From Spirochaetota bacterium (GTDB lineage Bacteria; Spirochaetota; UBA4802; JAFGDQ01), in NCBI GenBank assembly GCA_043803405.1, contig JAZDKB010000023.1:1-64000 (forward strand): a DNA stretch of 64,000 nt, given 5' to 3'. Below are positions 41,904 to 52,942 of this stretch, one piece after another. The first letter of the stretch is position 1, and the number at the start of each line of letters is the position of its first letter. The notes under the pieces were generated by a model. It was not told where the DNA came from. It did not search any database and worked only from the letters and a program-made list of their open reading frames with translations. The translations under genes and the position numbers were made by a program.

Positions 41904-44165
41904 TTATTTTAAATGCCGGTTTAAAAGTTCGGAGAGTTCGCTTTTTCTGAACGGCTTGGTTATGCTGTCTGTAAATCCGTATTCCACAGGTTGCGACATT
42001 ACCGGATCTTCCGAATATCCGCTTGTCGCAAATACAGGCATCTCCGCGCCATTGCTGCGGAGTACGGCTATTGTTTCCAGTCCTCCCATTCCAGCGCTGT
42101 TTGTAAGATCAAGAAGCATTGCTTTTATATGTATATTATTTTTAACTGATGATAAATACTGATCCAGTGTTTCATTCCCATTACTCGTTTTTATAACCAT
42201 ATATCCCATTTCTTTAAGCATTTCTTCAGTGACATCGCGCATGTTGTCTTTATCGTCCATAATAATTAGTGTGCCGCTACCGCTGTGAACTGATCTGCTC
42301 CGCGATATAGAATCCGCCAGATTTCCGGCGGAAGCCGGAAGAAATATATGGAATGTTGTTCCATGCCCGGGTTCGGATTCAACCCGGATGAAACCTTCGT
42401 GTTTTTGGATGATGGAATAGGACGTTGCAAGGCCAAGCCCTGTGCCTTCTTTTTTAGTAGTAAAAAACGGATCAAATATTTTTGGCAATATGTCGGCGGG
42501 TATACCTGTGCCGGTATCCGCAATTGATATTTTTATAAATCTGCAGTTATTGGTGTTGCTGCTTTTTTGCATCCGGATGAGTTCGTTTCTTTCAGTGTTT
42601 TTTGCAGTAATAGTAATTTTCCCCCTGCCGGGCATTGCCTGCTTTGCATTTATAAGTAAGTTATTTATAACCTGGCCCAGTTGATTTTCGTCAAAATCGC
42701 ATAGCCACAGATCTTCAGAAATATTTAGATCGCAGGAAACATTCGCGCCGCTTAAAGCGAATTTAGAACATTCCATAAGAATGGATTTTAACTCGCCTGT
42801 TTTACGCACAGGTAATCCGCCTTTAGCAAATGTTAAAAGCTGATGCGTAAGGTCTTTTGCTTTATTAAAACTCTGGAGGGCAGTCTCGAGATATTCCTTA
42901 TAATCTGCATCGCCAGGGCCGGCATCCTTTGAAAGTTCTATATAACCATAAATAACGCTCAGGAGGTTATTAAAGTCATGAGCTATGCCTCCGGCAAGTA
43001 TACCGAGCGACTCCAGTTTGTCTGCTCGTTGCAGGTTTTCCTTTATAGCCTGCTTTTCAGTGATATCACTGAAAACAAGCACTACGCCGATTGTTTTACT
43101 GTTCTTATCATTTATGGGCGCGCCGCTTTCAGTAATTACTTTTTCCGATCCGTCGCGCGATATCAGAAGTGTGTGGTTTGATAGTTCAATAACATTGCCT
43201 GTGGAAAGAACGCGTTCTACCGGGTTCTGACCTGGTTTGCGGGTTAATTCATTTATAATGCGGAAAATATCAGCCAGGTCTTTGCCTTTTGCCTCGTTCA
43301 ATGTCCATCCCGTCAGCTTTTCCGCGACTTTATTCATTATCATTATTTTGCCTAAAAGGTCTGTCGTAATAACTCCGTCGCCTATACTTCGGAGGGTAAC
43401 AGCAAGAAGTTCCTTTTCCCCGGCAAGATTTTCCTCTGTCTTTATCCTTTCTGAAATTTCTTTTTTTAAATCCGCATTGGCCTTTGTTAATTCATTTGTT
43501 CTTTCTTTTATGCGGATTTCCAGTTGATCCTGTATCGTCAATATTTTCTTTGCAAAATATAAGCCCAATAGAATAGCGTATACAGAAAGAATTATAAGCA
43601 TGGTAAGCGTCAGCGAAAAATAAAAATTATTAATGCGTTCTATTTCCTTATCAGCTGCGTCTTCTATTTTTGCAACTATGTAATCCATTTCCGAGACTGC
43701 AATTTCGTCTTTTCCTTTTGATAACCCGATAATTTCTTTTTTTGTTTTAAAATTGGATTCAACAAGTTTTTCGATAAGGGACATATAGTCCATGGTGATT
43801 TGTTTATGCGTAAGGCGCAATTCCGCTATCTCATCCGGTATATCTTTAAAATTACTGCACAATAGCTTAAGATTAAACAGTGTATCCTGAACTTTATCCG
43901 AAAATCGTGTAAACGAATGATAATTAGCCTGGTATTCTGAAAAATTTTCTCCCTGGAAAATAATATTATTCCATGAATATAATTGATTTTGGAAATATAC
44001 CTGGGATTCCCGCGCGAGATTGACAGCTTGAATGTAATGAACTGTTTCCGTATACGAATTTTTTATTATGTAAAGCCCTATAAAACCGCTTAGTAAAATA
44101 AGAATTAAAAAAGTCGAAATTACAGAAATTAATAATTTTTTAGTACGTTTGGTTATCGGTCTCAT
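41904..44165 (-). CDS. Hybrid histidine kinase (sensor-PAS-HisKA-HATPase-REC)
   Basis: [29 protein letters not shown] with MDD, LLDL and KPF. Confidence 0.93.
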   Translation of the reverse strand: MRPITKRTKKLLISVISTFLILILLSGFIGLYIIKNSYTETVHYIQAVNLARESQVYFQNQLYSWNNIIFQGENFSEYQANYHSFTRFSDKVQDTLFNLKLLCSNFKDIPDEIAELRLTHKQITMDYMSLIEKLVESNFKTKKEIIGLSKGKDEIAVSEMDYIVAKIEDAADKEIERINNFYFSLTLTMLIILSVYAILLGLYFAKKILTIQDQLEIRIKERTNELTKANADLKKEISERIKTEENLAGEKELLAVTLRSIGDGVITTDLLGKIMIMNKVAEKLTGWTLNEAKGKDLADIFRIINELTRKPGQNPVERVLSTGNVIELSNHTLLISRDGSEKVITESGAPINDKNSKTIGVVLVFSDITEKQAIKENLQRADKLESLGILAGGIAHDFNNLLSVIYGYIELSKDAGPGDADYKEYLETALQSFNKAKDLTHQLLTFAKGGLPVRKTGELKSILMECSKFALSGANVSCDLNISEDLWLCDFDENQLGQVINNLLINAKQAMPGRGKITITAKNTERNELIRMQKSSNTNNCRFIKISIADTGTGIPADILPKIFDPFFTTKKEGTGLGLATSYSIIQKHEGFIRVESEPGHGTTFHIFLPASAGNLADSISRSRSVHSGSGTLIIMDDKDNMRDVTEEMLKEMGYMVIKTSNGNETLDQYLSSVKNNIHIKAMLLDLTNSAGMGGLETIAVLRSNGAEMPVFATSGYSEDPVMSQPVEYGFTDSITKPFRKSELSELLNRHLK

Positions 44166-44225
44166 GTTTTAATTTTTTTATAATGAATTATTCACCGGCA
44201 GCTAATTATGCAGAATATTAAAAGA

Positions 44226-44259
44226 AACTGCCCGGCTGACGCGGTGTCTCCGGGCAGTT
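44226..44259 (-). terminator. Hairpin downstream of the MCP gene
   Basis: AACTGCCCGG...CCGGGCAGTT. Confidence 0.6.
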
Positions 44260-44360
44260 GGTGGTAACTAGTGAGGTTACAAAAGAAATATTCTCATATC
44301 GAATATAGGAAAAAGATATTGGGATAATTTGTGAAAATTATAAATTAAATATAAATCGTT

Positions 44361-46076
44361 TTAAAATTTAAAATAATTTACTTCGTTATTAAGATTAACG
44401 GCCATTTCTTTTAACGAATCGATATTCCCGGTAATTTCTTCAATGCCTGCGGCGCTCTCCTGCAGCAATATATTAATATTATTGATCGCGGAAGCTATTT
44501 CGTTAATTGCATTTTCCTGTTCTTTAATAGAGATTTTTATTTCATTGTCGCTGGCTATTACCTGTTCAGTTGCTTTATTAACCGTTTCATTTATCTGCGA
44601 TTGCTGGTGCATTGATTCGGATACTGCCTTCATCATTGATCCGATTTTCTCGACACTCGATATGATTTTTTTTATTCTGTCGGTTGTTTCATTGACGTTT
44701 TTTATGCCTTTGGCTGTTTCATTTACATTATTGTTTATCAGGTTGTTAATTCCCTTTACGCTGTTTGCGGTTTCATCCGCCAGTTTGGTTATTTCGTCAG
44801 CTACAACGGCAAATCCCCTGCCGGATTCGCCCGCGCGCGCAGCTTCGATGGCCGCATTTAAAGCTAGAAGGTTTATCTTATCCGAAATATCGTTTATTAT
44901 TTTTATAATGTTTGTGATCTCATTTGAGCTTTCCCCGATGCTCAGCATGCTTCTGTTCATATTAGTGAGAAGCGCTTCGCCTTGTTTTGCTTCCTTCGAA
45001 ATGAGGCTGCTTTCCTCAACAGATTCAATTACCTGCTGATTCATTTCAGTTATTAAATACGACATTTTATTTATTATTTCGAGTAATGACGAAAGACATT
45101 TCGACTGGTTTTCGGCAGATGCGACAATCTTTACCATGCCTGCAACAATATTCTCTGTTATTGCATTTATTTCTTCTGCGGATGAAGCCTGGTTTTGAAT
45201 ATTTATATTAAAGGAATTAATAACATCGCTCATTCCTGCGGATGACCCTGACAGCTGGTTTGCCTGCATTTTAACATCCTTAATTATTGTTTGAATTTTA
45301 CCTAAAAAATCATTAAAGTGAAATGAAAGCACACTGTATTCATCCTTTGTTATAATGTTGAGCCGCGTTGACAGATCTCCGCCGGAAATATTATTTAATG
45401 CAATTTTATACAGCTTCATATTTGCCAGCATTGATCGGATGATCCCCATAATTAAAAAAATTATTACACCGATGATAAGCAGGCTGCCTGCCGCTTCCGT
45501 AATTGTTAAAGTCCTGGTATATTTATTATATTTATCAGTTTTTATTTTTAAAATATTATTATTCAGTTCAATAAAACCGGATAAAAGAGAACTCATTTCT
45601 TTGAGATTATTTTTCGTTACCTGGTTATATATATTGATTTTTTCTGCCTGTGATTCATCGTACATCATCCTGGCAGAGTTATAAAGATTAAGATTAACCG
45701 GCCCCATGTTATCGAATATTTTTCTTCTTTTGTCATCCATATCCCAGTATTCCTTTGTCCCGGAAAATGAATAATACCATTTCGCAAAATCGGTCTCATT
45801 ATGATTCAGTTGCCCGGCAAATGCTTTATTCGTAGCGATTGATTCCAGGAGGCCTACGCTCCAAGTCAAATGATCCGAGTACTTTTCCCTTAAAAACTGA
45901 TTATTGCTGTTGATAATATTCAATTCCTTTAAGACGTATCCCCTTTTTATATCGATTATGATAGTAAAAAGATTTTGAGCAAATACCATGATGATTATCG
46001 TAATAAGCGAGATCTGTAACTTTTTCTCCTTAATCCAAGCGGAGCTTAATTTAATTTTCATTTCAATGTGCGCCAT
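44361..46076 (-). CDS. Methyl-accepting chemotaxis protein with CZB-like sensor
   Basis: [34 protein letters not shown]...FAKWYY. Confidence 0.93.
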   Translation of the reverse strand: MAHIEMKIKLSSAWIKEKKLQISLITIIIMVFAQNLFTIIIDIKRGYVLKELNIINSNNQFLREKYSDHLTWSVGLLESIATNKAFAGQLNHNETDFAKWYYSFSGTKEYWDMDDKRRKIFDNMGPVNLNLYNSARMMYDESQAEKINIYNQVTKNNLKEMSSLLSGFIELNNNILKIKTDKYNKYTRTLTITEAAGSLLIIGVIIFLIMGIIRSMLANMKLYKIALNNISGGDLSTRLNIITKDEYSVLSFHFNDFLGKIQTIIKDVKMQANQLSGSSAGMSDVINSFNINIQNQASSAEEINAITENIVAGMVKIVASAENQSKCLSSLLEIINKMSYLITEMNQQVIESVEESSLISKEAKQGEALLTNMNRSMLSIGESSNEITNIIKIINDISDKINLLALNAAIEAARAGESGRGFAVVADEITKLADETANSVKGINNLINNNVNETAKGIKNVNETTDRIKKIISSVEKIGSMMKAVSESMHQQSQINETVNKATEQVIASDNEIKISIKEQENAINEIASAINNINILLQESAAGIEEITGNIDSLKEMAVNLNNEVNYFKF

Positions 46077-46138
46077 ACCTTCTAAATTTATCTTTTTGAT
46101 TGAACCGGTGTAATATTATAAAAATAATATTTATTAAT

Positions 46139-46238
46139 TGTAAGATGTATTTAAAGATATTATGAATTTTGTCTTCCCTCCTGTTTTACTTTTTTTTAAT
46201 TTTTTACAAATTCACACAAACTTAATAATATATTAACC
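46139..46238. promoter_or_regulatory. Divergent Pho-box-like arrays
   Basis: Minus: TTCATA/TTTAAA/CTTACA (46161, 46150, 46139); plus: TTCACA/TTAATA/TTAACC (46211, 46222, 46233). Confidence 0.55.
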
Positions 46239-46283
46239 CTTTATTCCTATATTGGTTGCAAAATTGGCAGGGAGGAAAAGTTT

Positions 46284-46598
46284 ATGGAATACAAAATATC
46301 AAAAATTACCGATTCTATAGTAATTAAAGTGATGGGGCCTTTTAATAAAAATGCGGTTCACTCGGTAAGCACTTTTCTTAAGCCGTTCCTGAACGGGAAT
46401 TCAACCGACATAACGCTGGATATTGATAATCTTGAAGATGAAAGAGAAATTGTGTTTCATATAGGGCTTGTAAATGCTTTTAAAAAAGCGATAGAACAGG
46501 TCGGCGGCAAACTGAGCGTAAGGGCCGAGCGTTCTTCCGTAAGAAAATATCTGAGCAATACCGGGATCGACAGGATATTTTATTTAATAAATTCGTAA
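46284..46598 (+). CDS. STAS-domain (anti-sigma antagonist-like) protein
   Basis: 104 aa; ITLDIDNL, GGKL, VRKYLSNTGIDRIF; GGAGG RBS. Confidence 0.7.
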   Translation: MEYKISKITDSIVIKVMGPFNKNAVHSVSTFLKPFLNGNSTDITLDIDNLEDEREIVFHIGLVNAFKKAIEQVGGKLSVRAERSSVRKYLSNTGIDRIFYLINS

Positions 46599-46608
46599 AT
46601 GGTTTATT

Positions 46609-47346
46609 GTGAATAAAGAGAAAATAACTGAGGTTCAGAATAATATATTCCTGATAGCCGGAACAGGCAACAGCAGCCACAGCTATGTAATAAAAGGCGA
46701 CAGGCTTAATTTGCTTATCGATTCCGGGCTTGACGCAAATTTTCCGCTACTACAGGAAAGTCTTTTAAAAACAGGATTAAAAGTAAGGGATATTGATATT
46801 GTAATAAACACGCACGAGCACTTCGATCATATAGGAGCCAACAGGTATTTTCAGGAACATACCATCATTGCTGCCCATCGTTTTGCTGCGACAAAAATTT
46901 CAATGAACGACAGGTATGTGACGCTTTATAAATCCGGAGATTCGAATGAGCTTTCGCAGTATGTGCATGTCTGGCTGGAGAGCAAAAGCAGGTTCGATCT
47001 CGGAAATTATACTCTCGATGTTATACACACTCCAGGGCATACTTCGGGTTCAATATGCATATACGAGCCTGTTAAAAAATTTCTTTTTACAGGTGATATG
47101 CTTTTTGCCGGGGGCACGCTTTCGTACATTGCTGAATCCGGAAGCGTAGGGGATTATATAAATTCAATCATGTCGTTAAATACCAGGCAAATTCAGGAAA
47201 TATATCCGGGCCACGGCGAAATATCCGTAAATCCGGACGAAGACATGAAAGCCGCAGTGGAGAACGCGAAACAATTTTTAAGCAGCAATAATGAAGTGAA
47301 AATATCATACGAAAACGGGATGACAGGTAAGGAAACCGGGATTTGA
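46609..47346 (+). CDS. MBL-fold metallo-hydrolase
   Basis: THEHFDHIG, TPGHT, TGD, PGHG. Confidence 0.92.
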   Translation: MNKEKITEVQNNIFLIAGTGNSSHSYVIKGDRLNLLIDSGLDANFPLLQESLLKTGLKVRDIDIVINTHEHFDHIGANRYFQEHTIIAAHRFAATKISMNDRYVTLYKSGDSNELSQYVHVWLESKSRFDLGNYTLDVIHTPGHTSGSICIYEPVKKFLFTGDMLFAGGTLSYIAESGSVGDYINSIMSLNTRQIQEIYPGHGEISVNPDEDMKAAVENAKQFLSSNNEVKISYENGMTGKETGI

Positions 47347-47454
47347 AATATTTTTTCTTATGATATTTAAATTTATTGCAATAATCATAAAAATATAATA
47401 GGTCTATATCCTTATAGTTATAAATATCCCGATCCATCGGTTCTGAAAAAGAAA

Positions 47455-47967
47455 ATGCCGTTACAAAAGAACAGCAGGAATATTAAAAAGCTTGCCCCTC
47501 AATTAGTTAAACTTGCTGTTTTAATGCTGGCAGGCATGACTTTATATGAGGTTTCTAAACAGATTGTTCATCCGGATATCACAATCTGGCAGTCGCATAT
47601 AATTACAATAATATTTGCTACTTTATGCGCAACTGTTGCCGGATATTTTTTTTTACGAAAACATCTTGAATTAAATGAAACCCTGATTGCAAAAAACACA
47701 GAAAGCGAGAATTTGCACAAAGAGCTAAAAAAAACAGTTAAAGAATTAAAACTGGCGCTTTCCGAGGTAAAAACATTAAGCGGCTTGCTGCCTATATGCT
47801 CTTCATGTAAAAAAATAAGAGATGATAAAGGAAACTGGACTCAAATTGAGAAATATATTCAGGAACATTCTGATGCCGATTTTACTCATAGTTTGTGCAG
47901 CGAATGCATAAAAAAATTATATCCTGATTATTATGAAAAAATGAATTCAGAAAAGAAGAAATCATAA
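47455..47967 (+). CDS. Two-TM protein with C-terminal four-Cys signalling-associated domain
   Basis: LLPICSSCKKIRDD...FTHSLCSEC. Confidence 0.75.
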   Translation: MPLQKNSRNIKKLAPQLVKLAVLMLAGMTLYEVSKQIVHPDITIWQSHIITIIFATLCATVAGYFFLRKHLELNETLIAKNTESENLHKELKKTVKELKLALSEVKTLSGLLPICSSCKKIRDDKGNWTQIEKYIQEHSDADFTHSLCSECIKKLYPDYYEKMNSEKKKS

Positions 47968-49569
47968 CTCGCCGATTTTCTCTATTATTGTTGCTTCGAA
48001 CGGGTACAGCTTATAATGAAGATGGGTGAAATGTTCGCGTGAAGAACGGTGCGTTGAAAATACAACCTTCCATTGTCCTTTGTGTCCTGCGTTTAATGAG
48101 ACGGATTTTCGCGTGAAATTCAACGCTATGCAAAGGGTCTCTTTTTTATATTCGCGTATATATGCGAATATTCCATGCATCCCTTTTGAAGCTATTCTTG
48201 ATGTTCCGTGCGTAAGCGCTTTCTTTTTTTTCCTTATATTTATCAGCTTTCTGTAAAAATTCAATAATGAATATTCATCCTTTGACTGGATTTCTACATT
48301 TTTGTTTTTGTAATCCATGTCCACAGGAAGCCAAAGCCTGCCTTTGCTGAACCCTGCATTTGTTTCGGGCGACCATTGCATGGGAGTGCGGCTGCAGTCC
48401 CGGCCGGTGTATATTGGCCAGAATTTTTTGCCGGCCGGGTCCGCCAGTTTGGCGCGCGGTATTCTGAAATTTTTCATGCCGATCTCTTCTCCGTAATACA
48501 TAAACGGAGTGCCGCGCAGAGTGAGCAGCATTACCGCAGCGACCCTTGCGCGTTTTTCCGAATCCGCATTATTGTTAAACCTGTTATAATTTCTCGGCTG
48601 GTCGTGATTGGAAAGAACATTACACGGCCACCCTTTATCCGGAATGTGCGAATACCAGTGCTTAATGCAATGATAAAATTTTCTGGCATCCCACGGCCTA
48701 TACATCATGGAAAAATCGAAAGATAAATGAAGCTCGTCTTCTCCGTTCCCCAGATAGCTTGCTGAAAGCTGCGGATCACCGGGCGGGTAGCTGAACACCT
48801 CTCCCACAAGCATCCGGTCATCGTATTCATTTACAAGTCCGCGCATCTCTTTTACAATCGCGTGCGTCTCCGGCCTGTTGCGGTTGTATTTTTCAACCTG
48901 ATTGGTCAGAGGTTTAAGTGAAAAAGGATTTCTGCGGAAGCGGCTGTCTTTAATGAACCAGTTGATCACATCGAGCCTGAAGCCGTCTATTCCGCGGTCC
49001 AGCCAGAAGCGGAGCTCGCCGAACATCGCTTTTTTTAACTCAGGATTTCTCCAGTTTACGTCCGGCTGTTCCCTTAAAAACGAATGCAGGTAAAACTCCC
49101 CGGTAGCTTCGTGCCATTCCCATGCGCTGCCCAGAAAAGCTGAGCGCCAGTTATTCGGAGGCCTCCCGTTTTTGCCGTCGTGCCAGATGTACCAGTCGCG
49201 TTTTTCGTTATTGCGCGAACTGGCTGATTCAATAAACCAGGGATGAAGATACGATGTATGATTCAGGGCAAGATCCATTATTATTCTGATGTTTCTTTTA
49301 TGCGCCTCATGGATAAAATTCTCGAAATCCCTGAATGTTCCGAAAACAGGATCAATGCCGCGATAGTCGCGTATATCGTATCCGAAGTCGTGCATTGGCG
49401 ATGTATTGACAGGCGAGAGCCACACAGCGTCGATGCCAAGTCCGGATAAATAATCCAGCTTATGAATTATGCCCGGGATATCGCCGACGCCGTCTCCGTT
49501 GGAATCATAAAAACTGCGCGGATATATCTGGTATATAACGCCGTGTTTCCACCATGTGAATTTGCTCAT
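47962..49569 (-). CDS. GH13 alpha-glucosidase
   Basis: YQIYPRSF, NHTS, GFRLDV, VGE, SNHD, YYGEEIGM. Confidence 0.95.
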   Translation of the reverse strand: MSKFTWWKHGVIYQIYPRSFYDSNGDGVGDIPGIIHKLDYLSGLGIDAVWLSPVNTSPMHDFGYDIRDYRGIDPVFGTFRDFENFIHEAHKRNIRIIMDLALNHTSYLHPWFIESASSRNNEKRDWYIWHDGKNGRPPNNWRSAFLGSAWEWHEATGEFYLHSFLREQPDVNWRNPELKKAMFGELRFWLDRGIDGFRLDVINWFIKDSRFRRNPFSLKPLTNQVEKYNRNRPETHAIVKEMRGLVNEYDDRMLVGEVFSYPPGDPQLSASYLGNGEDELHLSFDFSMMYRPWDARKFYHCIKHWYSHIPDKGWPCNVLSNHDQPRNYNRFNNNADSEKRARVAAVMLLTLRGTPFMYYGEEIGMKNFRIPRAKLADPAGKKFWPIYTGRDCSRTPMQWSPETNAGFSKGRLWLPVDMDYKNKNVEIQSKDEYSLLNFYRKLINIRKKKKALTHGTSRIASKGMHGIFAYIREYKKETLCIALNFTRKSVSLNAGHKGQWKVVFSTHRSSREHFTHLHYKLYPFEATIIEKIGEL

Positions 49570-52217
49570 GCAGCACTGCTTAGGTCGTGCATAAAGCGCG
49601 ATATTATTTTTCCCGGGTCGTAGTCTCTGGCGCGTTTAAGGGATTCGTTTTTAAATCTAAGGCGGAGTTTTTTATTGCCCAGAAACTCGATAATCCTTTC
49701 AGCCATTTCCGTCCTGTTTTTTACAAGATATCCGTTTAGTCCGTCAATAATAATATCCTTCGGGCCTTTTGTATTGTAAGCAATAACAGGCAGTCCGCAT
49801 GAAAGCGCTTCGAGCACAACGCAGCCGAATGTATCGAACTTGGAAGGAAGTATAAGCATGTCCGCTGCCGAATAAATTTCCGGCAGTTTGTCGTGATCCA
49901 CCCATCCGAGGTAAATGCCGTCCGGCATTGCCGCTTTAAGATCTTTTTCTTTTGGGCCCATACCTGCAAAGGCTATTTTAACATCCGGAAATGAAGCCCG
50001 CAATTTTTCCATTATATGAGGTATTTCCATAACGCCTTTTTCATCGGAAATACGTCCTGCAAAGAGGATCACCGGTTCATTGCCGGAAACGCCGAATATT
50101 CTTTTTTTATCTGCTGTTCTGGGGGAGAAACCGTCATCCGCCCAGTGTGCTGTGAGAAATACTTTTATCGGATCGAAACCCATGTCTTTTCCTGTGAGCC
50201 ATTTTTGCTGATCTTTGTTTAGCACAAACAGGCCGTCGAATTGCCTATAAAAAGCCCTGAGCAAACGGCGCAGCCTGCTTTTATTATGCTCTTCCAGATG
50301 CAGTACCTTGTCGCTGAACATCATCCAGTCCGTATGAACGTAAAAATACGCAGGAACAGAATAGGCGTACTTCAGATACACAGCAGCGAGACCCATTGGT
50401 CCCTCGGTTGAGCAGATAATTCTGCTGTATTCGCCTTCTTTAAACAGCTTGTGTAATTCCAGCATATTGGGAATCCGTATTGGCTGCTGTTCGTAAAACG
50501 GCAGTTTGAATTCCGCAGCAGGTTTTACGGCTATAAAGTGATCGCCGGATTTGAGCGTATTGCTTGCAGCAAGAATATCGATCGGAAGATCTCTTCTTCG
50601 TATTTCGCTCAACATCGATTTTAGCACCATCGCCACACCGTTCGAATCTTCAAACGTGTCCGTTATCCATAAAGTGCGTTCGGGATGTTTCAGGGTTCCA
50701 TAAGTTTCCGCAAACTCATTGAGCAGGCGGCGCGATTTATACATTACCCTTGCGCTTGTGTAAAAAGCAGCAAGTATAACGGCTGATGCAAGGAAAGGGA
50801 AAGAAAGCCCGTCCAGAAATCCGGACAGGTTAAATGATTTAATGCCTTTATTTTTTGAAGCATAATTATTGTCAAAGAATGCCCGGAAGTGGCCGGGCAG
50901 TTCAATGCTGCTGATTATATCTTCAACATTGATAGAGGATAGATCATGTTCACGGTTCAGCATTTCGAGTTTTTTTTCTGTTCTTGATATAAGCAGCCTG
51001 CAAAGTATTTCGTATATTTTAGAAATCGAGTTATCGAATCCTGCCATAGATTTTTCCGGATCGTCGCGTTTAATTGCCGCCATATTTGAAGCGAGGCTGA
51101 AGACTTCCTTATAAGCTTTTGGTATAATAAAACGTCTGGAGCGCCCCGGAACTTTTCCCGCGAAACAATCCTTGAAAACCTTAAGGAAATTGAATGTTGT
51201 TTTATGGCGCTTAAGCTCCATGAAACCGTTGGCAGCTGCATACGCAAGGATTTTATCCTTTGTTTCCCCCTTGTGAAGAAGTATCCTTAAAAGGCCGGGG
51301 TCCTTCATGTTTATTCCAATCTGGCAGAAATAATCCATGAACGTGACTGCCATTTTTTCAGTGTCATTATGAGAACCGAACGGAGCCATCCTTCCTTTTT
51401 TTATGGCTTCAAGTGCAAGCCCGGAATTCTTTTTCCCGCTAATGTTGTTTAATCCCGGGATGTAAAGTTTTGTGCCCGTAAGGCCGGTGAATATACCCAT
51501 GTGGCTGTCAGAACCGCCGGACATTGCTTTCAGATAAGGATCGCGGACATACCTTTCAGTAGAGATTTTAAATTTTCTGCCGATCTGGTCTATCTTTTCC
51601 TTTTTAAGCGATTCAATCCATGTCCTGACAAGCATGTTTTGCCAGGAATCTCTCTGTCCGTTAACAACTTCGAATCGTTCGAAAAGAAGCGACATTTTTT
51701 CAAAAAATTCCATAGGCGGCAGGCCGTTGGATTTATAGTGATATAGCGGGTGCGCCCATATCGTAGGTATATCGTTGTCCTTTGTGTATTCCTGGAATTT
51801 GTAAATATCGTTTCTTAATTTATTGAGTTTCTTTTCCTGCTCAGGAGTAAAGCCGTAAGTAAGAACATGAATTCCTGTTTTGTAATCCGGGACCATGCAG
51901 CTCCATTCCGCTCCAACCAGAATGTCCTTGCCTTTTTCTATAAGGTCCCAGCACGATCTGGCGTTGTTGTGATTTGTTATTGTAAAGGAGTCACAGCCGC
52001 GTGATTTCAGTATGTTTAAAAGTTCTTCGCTATCAAGCCAAGTTTCGGGCATATTCAGCATTCGCGCAAGCAGTTCGTCAGGCACATCGCTGTTGCGGTC
52101 GTGGCAATGAAGGTCAATCGTGAGTATTTCATCCTGCGGAAAGCGAAGCTCCTGTTCCTTTAGAAATGAATCCAGTATTCCGGCAACTTCGTTATTAAAG
52201 GTCTTTGACTCATTCAT
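49566..52217 (-). CDS. PHP-domain + GT4 glycosyltransferase fusion
   Basis: DLHCH, TNHN, AHP, GGSDSH; C-terminal DTFGCVVLEALSCGLP. Confidence 0.88.
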   Translation of the reverse strand: MNESKTFNNEVAGILDSFLKEQELRFPQDEILTIDLHCHDRNSDVPDELLARMLNMPETWLDSEELLNILKSRGCDSFTITNHNNARSCWDLIEKGKDILVGAEWSCMVPDYKTGIHVLTYGFTPEQEKKLNKLRNDIYKFQEYTKDNDIPTIWAHPLYHYKSNGLPPMEFFEKMSLLFERFEVVNGQRDSWQNMLVRTWIESLKKEKIDQIGRKFKISTERYVRDPYLKAMSGGSDSHMGIFTGLTGTKLYIPGLNNISGKKNSGLALEAIKKGRMAPFGSHNDTEKMAVTFMDYFCQIGINMKDPGLLRILLHKGETKDKILAYAAANGFMELKRHKTTFNFLKVFKDCFAGKVPGRSRRFIIPKAYKEVFSLASNMAAIKRDDPEKSMAGFDNSISKIYEILCRLLISRTEKKLEMLNREHDLSSINVEDIISSIELPGHFRAFFDNNYASKNKGIKSFNLSGFLDGLSFPFLASAVILAAFYTSARVMYKSRRLLNEFAETYGTLKHPERTLWITDTFEDSNGVAMVLKSMLSEIRRRDLPIDILAASNTLKSGDHFIAVKPAAEFKLPFYEQQPIRIPNMLELHKLFKEGEYSRIICSTEGPMGLAAVYLKYAYSVPAYFYVHTDWMMFSDKVLHLEEHNKSRLRRLLRAFYRQFDGLFVLNKDQQKWLTGKDMGFDPIKVFLTAHWADDGFSPRTADKKRIFGVSGNEPVILFAGRISDEKGVMEIPHIMEKLRASFPDVKIAFAGMGPKEKDLKAAMPDGIYLGWVDHDKLPEIYSAADMLILPSKFDTFGCVVLEALSCGLPVIAYNTKGPKDIIIDGLNGYLVKNRTEMAERIIEFLGNKKLRLRFKNESLKRARDYDPGKIISRFMHDLSSAA

Positions 52218-52285
52218 ATTATCTTCCGTGCATATTTAATTCGAATTAAAAATTATTTCTTTTCATAACTAATGTGATAATGTTG

Positions 52286-52324
52286 TATTAATTCTGTATG
52301 AAGTTTTAATGAATTTATTATGAA
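52286..52324 (-). promoter_or_regulatory. Pho-box-like array upstream of PHP-GT4
   Basis: Minus-strand TTCATA/TTCATT/TTCATA/TTAATA at 52319, 52308, 52297 and 52286. Confidence 0.65.
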
Positions 52325-52512
52325 GAAAAGCTTATTGGAATTACTGCAAATCTGCTGTGGTATTTAAATAGAATTGAGAATTCTAATAAGAATTAAGAGT
52401 TTTTATTCCGCAACGTTCCTTGAAATGACTATTTTGCAACAAGTCAATTGTTGATTCGCATTCAGGAATAAAATCAGGATAAAGAATATATATATGTTGA
52501 TTTAATTCAGAC

Positions 52513-52546
52513 TTGACGGCAGTAAATTATTTTAGTACAATTGTAC
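52513..52546 (+). promoter_or_regulatory. Sigma70 promoter with palindromic TA operator
   Basis: TTGACG (52513)-17 bp-TACAAT (52536); GTACAATTGTAC palindrome at 52535-52546. Confidence 0.75.
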
Positions 52547-52548
52547 AC

Positions 52549-52938
52549 ATGAAGATTGTAGCAGATACAAATATATTTCTGGCTGTTGTTTTAAATGCGC
52601 CTGAAAAAGAATGGATTATCAGGATTACGGAAGGGCATAATTTAGCTGCGCCTGATGTTTTACCCTTTGAAATAGGTAATGCCCTGACAGCAATGATGAG
52701 AAAACGGATACTTAATGCAGATAATCTTACAAAGGTCTGGGATATTGTGCAAAAAATACCTGTTGAATTGCGATCAATTGATATACGTGCGTCTATTGAG
52801 AAGGCTTCCAGATTAAATATTTATGCTTATGATGCTTATTTTATAGAGTGTGCTTTAAACCTTCGCTCTCCTTTAATAACGCTTGATCAGCGGTTGAAAA
52901 AGATAGCTGGTAATGAAGGCATATCAATTTTGGAGTGA
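52549..52938 (+). CDS. PIN-domain VapC toxin
   Basis: MKIVADTN, EIGNAL, YAYDAYF, TLD; ATG at 52549. Confidence 0.9.
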   Translation: MKIVADTNIFLAVVLNAPEKEWIIRITEGHNLAAPDVLPFEIGNALTAMMRKRILNADNLTKVWDIVQKIPVELRSIDIRASIEKASRLNIYAYDAYFIECALNLRSPLITLDQRLKKIAGNEGISILE

Positions 52939-52942
52939 ATTT

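Noticed and set aside
44330..44366. Pho-like box before the hybrid kinase
   Set aside because: Spacing is irregular and the sequence is nearly all A/T.
44443..45039. 198-aa antisense ORF and other shadow ORFs
   Set aside because: They lie opposite well-supported genes and have no independent coding signal.
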